Source of the DNA: Akkermansia muciniphila ATCC BAA-835
GTDB lineage: Bacteria; Verrucomicrobiota; Verrucomicrobiia; Verrucomicrobiales; Akkermansiaceae
Direction of reading: 5' to 3'
DNA: 32,000 nt
NCBI RefSeq assembly: GCF_000020225.1
Contig: NC_010655.1
Span: 1,110,001 to 1,142,000 of the forward strand
A program made the position numbers and the translations under genes. Of the stretch, positions 17,105-24,899 are shown one piece after another. Under the pieces are notes generated by a model, which ran no database searches, was not told where the DNA came from, and was given only the letters and a program-made list of their open reading frames with translations. Numbering within the stretch: position 1 is the first letter of the stretch; the number at the start of each line of letters is the position of its first letter.

Positions 17105-17668
17105 CTACAGGCCCGTGTAGCACATCTGCTCTTTGAGCTGGGCCACCTGGAGGTCTTCCCCCAGATATTCCCCGATGGAGTAGCCGAAGAGCATGGCGGC
17201 GCCGGGGCCGTTGGCGGTGAGCATGTTGCCGTCCAGCACCACATTTTCATCTTTCACAATATGGGCGCCGGCTTCGTTGAGTTCCCGGTAAACGTCCTGG
17301 GCCGGGTAGGCCGTGACGTTCCTGTCCCTGACCAGGCCCGCTTTGGCCAGCACGATGGGGGCGGCGCAGATGGCGGCCACCAGCTTGCCCGCTTCATGCA
17401 TTTTTTTGACCAGATGGATGACTTCCGGCGTGTCGCGGAGTACCCAGGAGCCCGCGCCGCCGGGCAGGATCAGGGCGTCCAGCTTGTCAGCATGGAGTTT
17501 ATCCAGCATGGTGTCCGTGCTGACGGTTACTTCATGGGTGCTGACCACCTTGTCGGACTGGACGCCGGCAAGCACTACGTCCATGTTCAGGCGCCGCAGG
17601 ATGTCCAGCGGAGCCATGAGTTCGATTTCTTCAAATCCGGGGGCGGCAAGTATGGCGACTTTTTTCAT
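17105..17668 (-). CDS. DJ-1/PfpI (ThiJ) family protein
   Basis: MKKVAILAAPGFEEIELMAPLDILRR plus the nucleophile-elbow Cys in KLVAAICAAPIVLA. I chose the start ATG at 17668; the ORF-track start at 17719 adds a non-conserved extension. Confidence 0.85.
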   Translation of the reverse strand: MKKVAILAAPGFEEIELMAPLDILRRLNMDVVLAGVQSDKVVSTHEVTVSTDTMLDKLHADKLDALILPGGAGSWVLRDTPEVIHLVKKMHEAGKLVAAICAAPIVLAKAGLVRDRNVTAYPAQDVYRELNEAGAHIVKDENVVLDGNMLTANGPGAAMLFGYSIGEYLGEDLQVAQLKEQMCYTGL

Positions 17669-17731
17669 GGTTGGTAAGACAGGGGGAGGAAGAGGAACGT
17701 TCAAGGAAAAGAGCAGCATGTTCCGGTACCC

Positions 17732-18772
17732 CTACAGGAGGAGAAGAACCGGGTTTTCCAGCAGGGTTTTGAATTCGGCGGCAATGTTGGAAGCCTTGCA
17801 TTCCGGCAGAATTCCGGCGTTCACGTACAGGGTGACGGGCAGGATGAGTTTGGACACGGGGCGCCCCGCTTCAATGCCCGTTTTCGGCGTGGTGCCTCCT
17901 ATGCTGATGATGCTGTGGGGCATTTCCGGCAGCACGGCGCGCTGGGCTGCCACGTTCACGCCGCTGTCGCAAAGAAGGATGTTGGGCGCGACGCTGCCCG
18001 CGGGGAGAGGGCCTGCCGCGGGGGCGGCCAGGCGTTCCATGGCGATGTTGTAAATCGTCTTGCCGGAGGCGTTTTCAATGAAGACGTATTTTTCCCCCTT
18101 GTCCAGCACCATGAGCAGTTCTGCGGCGGCGTCTCCGGCCAGCCATTCCGGCTCGCTGGCGCATGCTTTCACCGCCGCGCGCACCACGTAGTCAAAGAGG
18201 CTGTAGCGGCCGCCGATGAGTTTTTCGCACTGGACGGCGATGGGCGTGCTGATGGCGGCCAGGTAAGCCATGTTCGCCTCCAGGGAATACAGGTAAAAGT
18301 TGTCTACGCGCGTGGCGTGGCGCGTGTCCCGGGGCGCCAGCGGGGTCTGCACCCGGCGGGCGGGGCCGTCCGCGGGGCGCAGGGCGGCCCGTACATCCGC
18401 GGCCATGATTTTGCCCCGGGGGCCGGTGCCGCGCAGCGTGGCGGGGTTCAGGCCGGCTTCCGCCGCCAGCCTGGCGGCCAGCGGGCTGCATGTTGCGGAC
18501 GGGCGCGGGGGGCCGCCGCAGGCGGCTGCGCCGAATTCCGGCTGAAGCAGCGCAATGGGCGCTCCCGCCGCGGCGGAACCTCCCTCCGGCACCAGAATTT
18601 CCGTTAGGGTGCCGTCCTCGCAGGCCTGGAGCTCCACATGGGCCTTATCCGTCTCAATGTCGGCCAGATGGTCGCCGACTTTTACGAAGTCCCCTGTTTT
18701 TTTGAGCCATCTCAGGACGGTGCCTTCGTGCATGGAGTCGGACAGGCGGGGCATTTCAATGGTAATAGCCAT
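17732..18772 (-). CDS. Lipoyl-domain protein resembling a 2-oxoacid dehydrogenase E2 / E3-binding protein, catalytic motif degenerate
   Basis: N-terminal lipoyl domain with ADIETDKAHVEL (lipoyl-Lys). Peripheral subunit-binding domain SPLAARLAAEAGLNPATLRGTGPRGKIMAADV. The C-terminal acyltransferase-like domain ends LPVTLYVNAGILPECKASNIAAEF where E2 enzymes have LS.DHR.iDGa.aa.F. Confidence 0.75.
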   Translation of the reverse strand: MAITIEMPRLSDSMHEGTVLRWLKKTGDFVKVGDHLADIETDKAHVELQACEDGTLTEILVPEGGSAAAGAPIALLQPEFGAAACGGPPRPSATCSPLAARLAAEAGLNPATLRGTGPRGKIMAADVRAALRPADGPARRVQTPLAPRDTRHATRVDNFYLYSLEANMAYLAAISTPIAVQCEKLIGGRYSLFDYVVRAAVKACASEPEWLAGDAAAELLMVLDKGEKYVFIENASGKTIYNIAMERLAAPAAGPLPAGSVAPNILLCDSGVNVAAQRAVLPEMPHSIISIGGTTPKTGIEAGRPVSKLILPVTLYVNAGILPECKASNIAAEFKTLLENPVLLLL

Positions 18773-18808
18773 GGAGGTGAATGTTGAAATATGGTAAAAG
18801 GGAGGAAG

Positions 18809-18846
18809 GCGCGCCGGAAGGGGCGGGACGTCTCCTTCCGGCGCGC
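18809..18846 (-). terminator. Perfect 13-bp GC-rich hairpin 10 nt downstream of the nagA stop
   Basis: 18809-18821 GCGCGCCGGAAGG is the exact reverse complement of 18834-18846 CCTTCCGGCGCGC, with a 12-nt loop. On the minus strand it is followed by CTTCCTCCCTTTTACC. Confidence 0.5.
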
Positions 18847-18856
18847 GGAAACGCGG

Positions 18857-20005
18857 TTACGCGCTGTATTTTTCCACGCCGTCGATGAATACCTTGCAGG
18901 TATTGAAGTCATCGTCCAGCAGAACCATGTCCGCCGTGAAGCCGGGGGCGATTTTGCCCAGGCCTTCCAGGCCCAGGGACTGCGCCTGGTTCCAGGAGGT
19001 GGCTTTCACCAGGTCGCTGAGGGGTTTCCCTGTCAGGCGGTGCACGTTTTTCAGGCCGTGGGCGTATTTGAGGGTGCTGCCGGCCAGGGCGCCGGATTCC
19101 TGCAGACGGGCCACGCCGTCTTTCACGATGATGGGCAGGCCGCCCAGGTCTCCGGGGCCGTCCGGCATCCAGGAGCAGGCCAGGGAGTCCGTAATCATCA
19201 GCATCTGGTCAGAATCCTTGTTCTTGAACACGGTTTTGAGCATGTCCGCGCAGAGGTGGATGGTGTCGCAGATGATTTCAATCTTGATTTCCCTGTCCAG
19301 CAGGCCGGACCCCACCAGGCCGATTTCACGGTGGTGCAGGGGGGACATCTGGTTGCAGTAGTGGGTCAGGTGCGCCAGCCCCGCAGACTTCGCCCTGTTG
19401 AAGTCCTCATGGGTGGCGGCGCTGTGCCCGGCGGAGCAGCGGATGCCGTTGGCCGTGGCTTTCTCAATGAATTCAATGGCTCCGGGCATTTCCGGCGCCA
19501 GGGAGACCAGCAGCACCTTGGCGATGGAGTTCAGGTTGGCTACTTCATCGTAATCCGGCTGGCGGACAAAGGCGGGATTCTGCGCGCCGCAGCATTTGGG
19601 GTTGATGAACGGCCCTTCCAGGTGGACGCCGGGAGTCTTGGCGAATTCCTGGTTCTTCATGTATTCCGCCACGGAGGCGCATACGTCTTCCAGCACCTTG
19701 GGGGACAGGGTGAGGGTGGTCGGCAGCCAGGAAGTGACGCCTTCCTTCATTTTGCATTCCGCAATGGTGCGGAGGCTTTCCAGCTTGGCGTCGCAGGTGT
19801 CGCAGCCGCCGGCGCCGTGGCTGTGGATGTCAATGAAGCCGGGAAGGAGCATGCGGCCTTCCGCATCCACGACCTTGTCTGCGGCGGGAAGTTCGCTCCC
19901 GGCGGGATAGACGGCGGTAATGGTTTTGCCTTCCATTTCCACGGCAGCCCCGGGCATATCGATGCCGGGGGAGATGATGCGTGCGTTTTTAATGAGTGTC
20001 TTCAT
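18857..20005 (-). CDS. nagA: N-acetylglucosamine-6-phosphate deacetylase
   Basis: 382 aa. LLPGFIDIHSHGAGG metal-binding block, amidohydrolase fold pattern, and C-terminal GKIAPGFTADMVLLDDDF, typical of NagA. Confidence 0.9.
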   Translation of the reverse strand: MKTLIKNARIISPGIDMPGAAVEMEGKTITAVYPAGSELPAADKVVDAEGRMLLPGFIDIHSHGAGGCDTCDAKLESLRTIAECKMKEGVTSWLPTTLTLSPKVLEDVCASVAEYMKNQEFAKTPGVHLEGPFINPKCCGAQNPAFVRQPDYDEVANLNSIAKVLLVSLAPEMPGAIEFIEKATANGIRCSAGHSAATHEDFNRAKSAGLAHLTHYCNQMSPLHHREIGLVGSGLLDREIKIEIICDTIHLCADMLKTVFKNKDSDQMLMITDSLACSWMPDGPGDLGGLPIIVKDGVARLQESGALAGSTLKYAHGLKNVHRLTGKPLSDLVKATSWNQAQSLGLEGLGKIAPGFTADMVLLDDDFNTCKVFIDGVEKYSA

Positions 20006-20149
20006 AAAAATGAATGGTTGTTGGATGGATGTTTATCGTCGTTTTTCTCCGTTCGTCCGCGTCTTCCCGCCTGGCCTCCGCTTCCTGCGGAAAACCGGGA
20101 ATGGGCGGCGGCGCACCGGAGATCGTTCATGCCGCTGGCAGCTTCCTGG

Positions 20150-20743
20150 TTATCTGGCGGCGTCCAGGGCCTTGTTCCACCGGGTTACGCGGGCGGCTTC
20201 CGCTTTCAGCACGGCAGCTGCGGCGTTCTTGTCCAGAATGCGGATGTCCTTGATTTTGTCCCCCCGGACAATGGAGTTGACGACGTCCTGCCCTTTCAGC
20301 ACCTTCCCGAAGACCGTATGGCGGCCGTCCAGATGGGGCGTGGCCACATGGGTGATGAAAAATTGGGAACCGTTGGTGCCGGGGCCCGCGTTCGCCATGG
20401 AAAGCACGCCGGGGCCGTCATGCCTGAGGTCCGGGGAAAACTCGTCTTCAAAACTGTAGCCGGGGCCTCCCATGCCCGTGCCGGTGGGATCGCCGCCCTG
20501 GATCATGAAATTCGGAATCACGCGGTGGAAGGTGATGCCCTTGTAGTACCCTCTGCTGGCGAGGTTCAGGAAGTTGGCTACGGTGACGGGCGCCTTGGAG
20601 GGGTAAAGGGCCAGTTCAATATCCCCTTTGGTAGTGGAGATGACGACATTGACGTCCTTGAGGCCGGCTGTGGATTCCGCGGAGGCGCTGAAGCACGCCA
20701 GGGCGCACAGGGAACACAACAGAAGGGTGAGATATTTTTTCAT
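20150..20743 (-). CDS. ppiA: Secreted cyclophilin-type peptidyl-prolyl cis-trans isomerase
   Basis: Signal peptide [22 protein letters not shown] followed by E. Cyclophilin blocks [34 protein letters not shown] and HTVFGKV. Confidence 0.9.
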   Translation of the reverse strand: MKKYLTLLLCSLCALACFSASAESTAGLKDVNVVISTTKGDIELALYPSKAPVTVANFLNLASRGYYKGITFHRVIPNFMIQGGDPTGTGMGGPGYSFEDEFSPDLRHDGPGVLSMANAGPGTNGSQFFITHVATPHLDGRHTVFGKVLKGQDVVNSIVRGDKIKDIRILDKNAAAAVLKAEAARVTRWNKALDAAR

Positions 20744-20799
20744 GGCTTCTTGTTTTCCCCCCTATGTTGCCCGAATAAAAGCAGGGTTGCAAGTAAATC

Positions 20800-20833
20800 G
20801 CGCGCCCTGACGGGAGAATGGCGCGGGGCGCGC
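20800..20833 (-). terminator. All-GC 8-bp hairpin between the MFS gene end and the cyclophilin gene start
   Basis: GCGCGCCC (20800-20807) pairs with GGGCGCGC (20826-20833). An alternative 6-bp pairing, CGCGCC / GGCGCG (20820-20825), is also possible. On the minus strand it is followed by GATTTACTTG. Confidence 0.3.
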
Positions 20834-20900
20834 CAATGCGGGAAGGTTTTTCTCTGAAGAAGGGATTTTTAAGGATGGGCGCCCGGTTGCCGGCCCAGGA

Positions 20901-22244
20901 CTACCTTGAGCCGGAAGCCGCGCGGGAAAAACGGAAGACCGCCCACGCCATGAAGAGGCTGAGGATTCCCATGACGACGAATTGCCAGGAGGGGGGGATG
21001 ACCAGCATCATGGCGTATTGGAACCCGACGGCCAGCAACCCGAGCGCGCAGTCCACCAGGTTGCCGGCGGCAATCATGTCCCCGCGTTTGTCATTGTCCG
21101 CCCGGTCCTGGAAAAAGGCATTCAGAGGCACCAGGAACAGGGCGGCGGAAATGCCCGCCGCCATCAGCAGGGCATTAAAGACCGGGGAAGCCATGGAGAC
21201 TGCGGCCAGGGCCGCGCAGCTAGCCGCCATCAGCACGCCTCCCGCCACGGAAACATTCATCCGGATGTGGCGGCGGCAAATCACGGAGGCGAGAATGCCC
21301 CCCAGCACCGTTCCCCCGCTCATCCAGGCCATCAGCACGGCTCCCACGGAGCTGAAGTCATCCCCGCCACCGGAGATTTCCTTGGCCATCTGGATGGTCA
21401 TCAGCATGACCGTGCCGCCGAAGAACCAGAAATAGCCGATGCCCATCTCGCTGACGCGCAGATTGCGGTTTTTCCACAGCTTGTCCAGCTGGTGGAAGTG
21501 TTCGTAAAACAGGGACCAGGAAAAGGGGCGGCCCCCCCCGGGAGCGTACCGGGGCAGGCGGAAGCTGGAGGCCGCCACCGGAACGGCCAGGAGCAGAAAC
21601 ACCAGGCATGGGAAAGAGGCGGCATACCATCCGTCATTGATGCCGGAGGGTTTCAGCCATGCGTCAAACCACTGGAAGAAGCCCTCCCCCAGCCAGCGGT
21701 GCCAGATGGTATCCGTGGAAGGCTCCAGCAGGTAGCGGAACCAGATGAAGACGCCGATCTGCCCGATGAGCAGGCTGAGGATGGAAGCCATTTCCACGAT
21801 GCCGCTGGCGAACCCCATGCGGGAGGTCCCCACGATGTCCTTGACGATTCCCTTTTTGGCCGGGCTGAAGACGGTGGCCTGCACGGCAAAGACGCAGAAC
21901 CACAGGATGGCCCCGTTCAGATTGTGGACGCGCAGGCTCCAGTACATGCCCGCCAGCACGCATATCTGGAGCAGGGCCATGAATTGGATGATGCGCGCCT
22001 TGCAGAAACGGTCCGAAAGCCAGCCGACGAATGGGGAGAACAGGATGAAGGGCAGCACGATGATGGCCCCCAGCGGATATTCCAGGTCCCCCTCTGCGCC
22101 GTACAGCCAGACGCCCAGGGGAATCAGCAGGAATTGAGCACCTTTTTCATTAAAGGAGTTCTGCGCCTGAATCAGCACGAGCCGCCAGAAAGCTCCCCAT
22201 GGAACTTTGCGGGCGTGTCCTGGCGTGTGGACGCTGGAATTCAT
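20901..22244 (-). CDS. lplT: MFS transporter, lysophospholipid transporter LplT-like
   Basis: Resembles E. coli LplT as I recall its sequence. MNSSVHT aligns to [29 protein letters not shown] aligns to [36 protein letters not shown] aligns to [24 protein letters not shown] aligns to VPLNALLQER. Confidence 0.7.
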   Translation of the reverse strand: [447 protein letters not shown]

Positions 22245-22248
22245 GAAG

Positions 22249-23721
22249 TTACAGGCTGGGTTCCTCCGCTTTTTCCAGGCCGGAGCCGCGGAACAGGCAC
22301 AGCACGCCGATGACGGCGGTCAGCAGGGTGCTGGCAATCAGGGAGGCTTCTTCACTGAAACCGCACATTTCCGGGCTGGAGAACAGATATTGGAATACTA
22401 CCAGGCTCAGGAAGGCGGCGGGGGCCGCCGCCGGCCAGTAGCAGCGTTTTTTGCTGCGCAGGTAAATGGAAACGGCCCAGAGCGTGGCGGCGGCCAGCAG
22501 CTGGTTGGCCCAGCCGAAGTACTGCCAGATGACGGCGTAGTCCATGCTGCTGACGGCAATGGCCGCGGCGAAGAGAGGGATGGCGATCATCAGGCGGCGG
22601 CTCAGCTGTTCCTGGCTCAGCTTGAAACTGTCCGCAATCATCAGGCGCGTGACCCGCAGGGCGCCGTCCCCCGTGCTGATGGGGAGGATGACCACGCCGA
22701 TCATGACCAGGATGGAACCGACGCTCCCCATCCAGGATTCGGAAATCGTTTGAATGGCCAGCGCCGGAGCCTTTCCGTTGGCGGTAGCTCCTCCCAGGGC
22801 TTCCGGAGAGCCGTAGAAGGTCAGCGCGGCGGCGGCCCATATGAAAGCGATGATGCCTTCCGTAATCATCGCCCCTCCAAAGACGGGCAGCCCTTCCCGC
22901 TCCGTTTTCAGACACCGCGCCATCAGCGGGGACTGTGTGGCATGGAAGCCGCTCACGGCTCCGCAGGCGATGGTGATGAACATCACGGGGAAAAGCGGGA
23001 AATCCGCCGGATGGCGGTTATGGAAAAAGTCCAGATCCGGAAGCACTTCCATGCGGGGCAGGTGCATCCAGGCCGGCATGGAATCCGCAAAGGGAGCCAG
23101 GAGCATCACGCCCAGAATGCCCATGACCATGATGATCAGGGCGACGGAAAAAAGAGGATAGACCTTTCCCATGATAGCCTGGATGGGAAGAATGGTCGCC
23201 AGGAAGTAGTAGCCGAAGATAATCCAAATCCATGCCGAAACGCTCCAGCCCGTCATGGGGGACAGGATGGCGGCGGGCCCCACGGCGAAGACGACGCCCA
23301 CCAGCACGCTGAATACGATGCAGACGGCGCGGCTGACCCACTGGGCCTGGCTGCCCAGGTAGCGCCCCAGGATTTCCGGCAGGTTTTCCCCCTTGTGCCG
23401 CAGGGAAATCATGCCGGAGAAGTAGTCGTGCGCCATTCCTCCCAGAATGCAGCCGAAAACGATCCACAGAAGCGCGGCCGGCCCGTACAGCACGCCCATG
23501 ACGGCGCCGAAGATGGGGCCCAGCCCTGCAATGTTCAGCAACTGGATGAGAAAAACGCGCCAGCGCGGCATGACCACATAATCCACGCCGTCCGTACAGG
23601 CCACGGCGGGAGTTTGCCGGGAGGCGTCCGGACGGAAAATCCTTTCCAGCACCCGCCCGTAAGTGAAATAACCGGCCGCCAGGACCAATATCCCCAGAAT
23701 GAAATAGCAGTAACCGTTCAT
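22249..23721 (-). CDS. cstA: Carbon starvation protein CstA (peptide/pyruvate transporter family)
   Basis: Polytopic membrane protein with NIAGLGPIFGAVMGVLYGPAALLWIVFGCILGGMAHDY and ACGAVSGFHATQSP, both CstA signatures. I chose the start ATG at 23721 (MNGYCYFILGILVLAAGYFTYGR). ATG 23742 is possible. The ORF-track start at 23853 runs into the AT-rich promoter region. Confidence 0.88.
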   Translation of the reverse strand: MNGYCYFILGILVLAAGYFTYGRVLERIFRPDASRQTPAVACTDGVDYVVMPRWRVFLIQLLNIAGLGPIFGAVMGVLYGPAALLWIVFGCILGGMAHDYFSGMISLRHKGENLPEILGRYLGSQAQWVSRAVCIVFSVLVGVVFAVGPAAILSPMTGWSVSAWIWIIFGYYFLATILPIQAIMGKVYPLFSVALIIMVMGILGVMLLAPFADSMPAWMHLPRMEVLPDLDFFHNRHPADFPLFPVMFITIACGAVSGFHATQSPLMARCLKTEREGLPVFGGAMITEGIIAFIWAAAALTFYGSPEALGGATANGKAPALAIQTISESWMGSVGSILVMIGVVILPISTGDGALRVTRLMIADSFKLSQEQLSRRLMIAIPLFAAAIAVSSMDYAVIWQYFGWANQLLAAATLWAVSIYLRSKKRCYWPAAAPAAFLSLVVFQYLFSSPEMCGFSEEASLIASTLLTAVIGVLCLFRGSGLEKAEEPSL

Positions 23722-23824
23722 GTTGGAAAAAGGGCCAGCCATCTCATGGACAGGCTGTCCGTCCACGGAACCTAACTTTTCTCCCGCCTTCTGGCAAGCC
23801 GTTAGTGAAGGGAGGGATATGGAA

Positions 23825-23839
23825 CGGATTCCTAATCCG
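23825..23839. promoter_or_regulatory. Palindromic box copy 1 (CGGATT-N3-AATCCG), upstream of cstA
   Basis: CGGATTCCTAATCCG, 104 nt upstream of the cstA ATG. Read in the cstA sense it is TTCGGATTAGGAATCCG, identical over 17 nt to copy 2. Confidence 0.45.
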
Positions 23840-23993
23840 AAAAATAAATCCACGTCTCTTTATTATGCATAAATAATTGGATTTGTGAATTTTATGATAG
23901 TTTCAAATCTCCCGCAGGAAAATTCCTGGTTATAAGACTCCTCTGTTCATGTATTTGTATAAACATCTCGTTTTTATCGTTTAGTGTTGACTT

Positions 23994-24008
23994 CGGATTA
24001 GGAATCCG
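23994..24008. promoter_or_regulatory. Palindromic box copy 2, between -35-like TTGACT and the PEP-CTERM gene
   Basis: TTGACT (23986-23991), then TCGGATTAGGAATCCGC, then TAAACG. The box fills the spacer of a sigma70-like promoter, 41 nt upstream of ATG 24049. Confidence 0.45.
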
Positions 24009-24017
24009 CTAAACGGA

Positions 24018-24041
24018 AAAGGTTGACACCATTCAACCTTT
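24018..24041 (+). promoter_or_regulatory. 9-bp hairpin in the 5' leader of the PEP-CTERM gene
   Basis: AAAGGTTGA (24018-24026) / loop CACCAT / TCAACCTTT (24033-24041). It ends 7 nt before ATG 24049. Confidence 0.35.
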
Positions 24042-24048
24042 CTCAGTT

Positions 24049-24807
24049 ATGAAGAAAACATTGATAATCATTGCGTCCCTGGCTCTTGGCGCGGCGGCTT
24101 CCCAGGCCGCGGTGCTGTGTACCACTACGTTTAACCGAACCGGGACTTCCCTGGATACCGTCACTGTGAGTACGGTCTCCGATGCGGGACTCTCCACTTC
24201 CACCTCGATTGCTTCCGAGAATTTCAGCAAGAGCTCTGCGGGCAGTGACCTGCTGGCTTCAGGTTCTATTCCGGCCTCCGTATTCTCCCCCAATTCCAAC
24301 GTGGGTAATAATCAGAATAATACGTGGAGCGTTTCTTTCACGTTTACCAACGACGGCTCCCAGGATATGCTGATTTCTTCCATTGATCTTTCCATGATAG
24401 GGTTCAATGGGTCGGGCGCCGCGCAGAATGCCGGGGGCGGTGTGGCCAATAACAATTATGTTGGGGGAGCCAACGGCAATTTGAACAAACCTGTCAATAT
24501 CACCCTTGGCATGAGCGGGCAGGAAAATCAGACGCTGGCCTATAATGGCGCCACCAGTACAAATACATCCACGGGATCCTGGGATGGCGTTCATACGGGA
24601 AGCTATGAATATGGCGATGTGTTGTTGAAAGCCGGGGAATCCATGACGTTAACTGTTACGGCTTCCAAAAACGAGGCCTACGGCAGCGGCTGTTTTATCG
24701 GTCTTACTGGAATTCAGATTAATGGGGAAGTGGTTCCCGAACCCGCCACGGCCTCCCTGGGGCTTTTGGGGCTGGCCGCATTGATGATGCGCCGCCGCAG
24801 ACTCTGA
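24049..24807 (+). CDS. PEP-CTERM sorting-domain secreted protein (Ser/Thr/Asn/Gly-rich)
   Basis: Signal peptide MKKTLIIIASLALGAAASQA. C-terminal VPEPATASLGLLGLAALMMRRRRL is a PEP motif, a TM helix and an Arg cluster, the canonical exosortase substrate signal (24730-24804). Confidence 0.88.
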   Translation: MKKTLIIIASLALGAAASQAAVLCTTTFNRTGTSLDTVTVSTVSDAGLSTSTSIASENFSKSSAGSDLLASGSIPASVFSPNSNVGNNQNNTWSVSFTFTNDGSQDMLISSIDLSMIGFNGSGAAQNAGGGVANNNYVGGANGNLNKPVNITLGMSGQENQTLAYNGATSTNTSTGSWDGVHTGSYEYGDVLLKAGESMTLTVTASKNEAYGSGCFIGLTGIQINGEVVPEPATASLGLLGLAALMMRRRRL

Positions 24808-24832
24808 GTTTCGTGTCCCTGTATCATTTGTT

Positions 24833-24876
24833 CAAGCCGTCCGTTTTTCTTTAAAACTGGCGGCTTGTTCATTTTC
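24833..24876 (+). terminator. Terminator candidate 1 after the PEP-CTERM gene
   Basis: CAAGCCG (24833-24839) pairs with CGGCTTG (24861-24867), followed by TTCATTTTC. Confidence 0.4.
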
Positions 24877-24899
24877 TGCCGGCAAAATTCGGCATTTTT
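24877..24899 (+). terminator. Terminator candidate 2 after the PEP-CTERM gene
   Basis: TGCCG (24877-24881) / loop GCAAAATT / CGGCA (24890-24894), followed directly by TTTTT. Confidence 0.45.
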
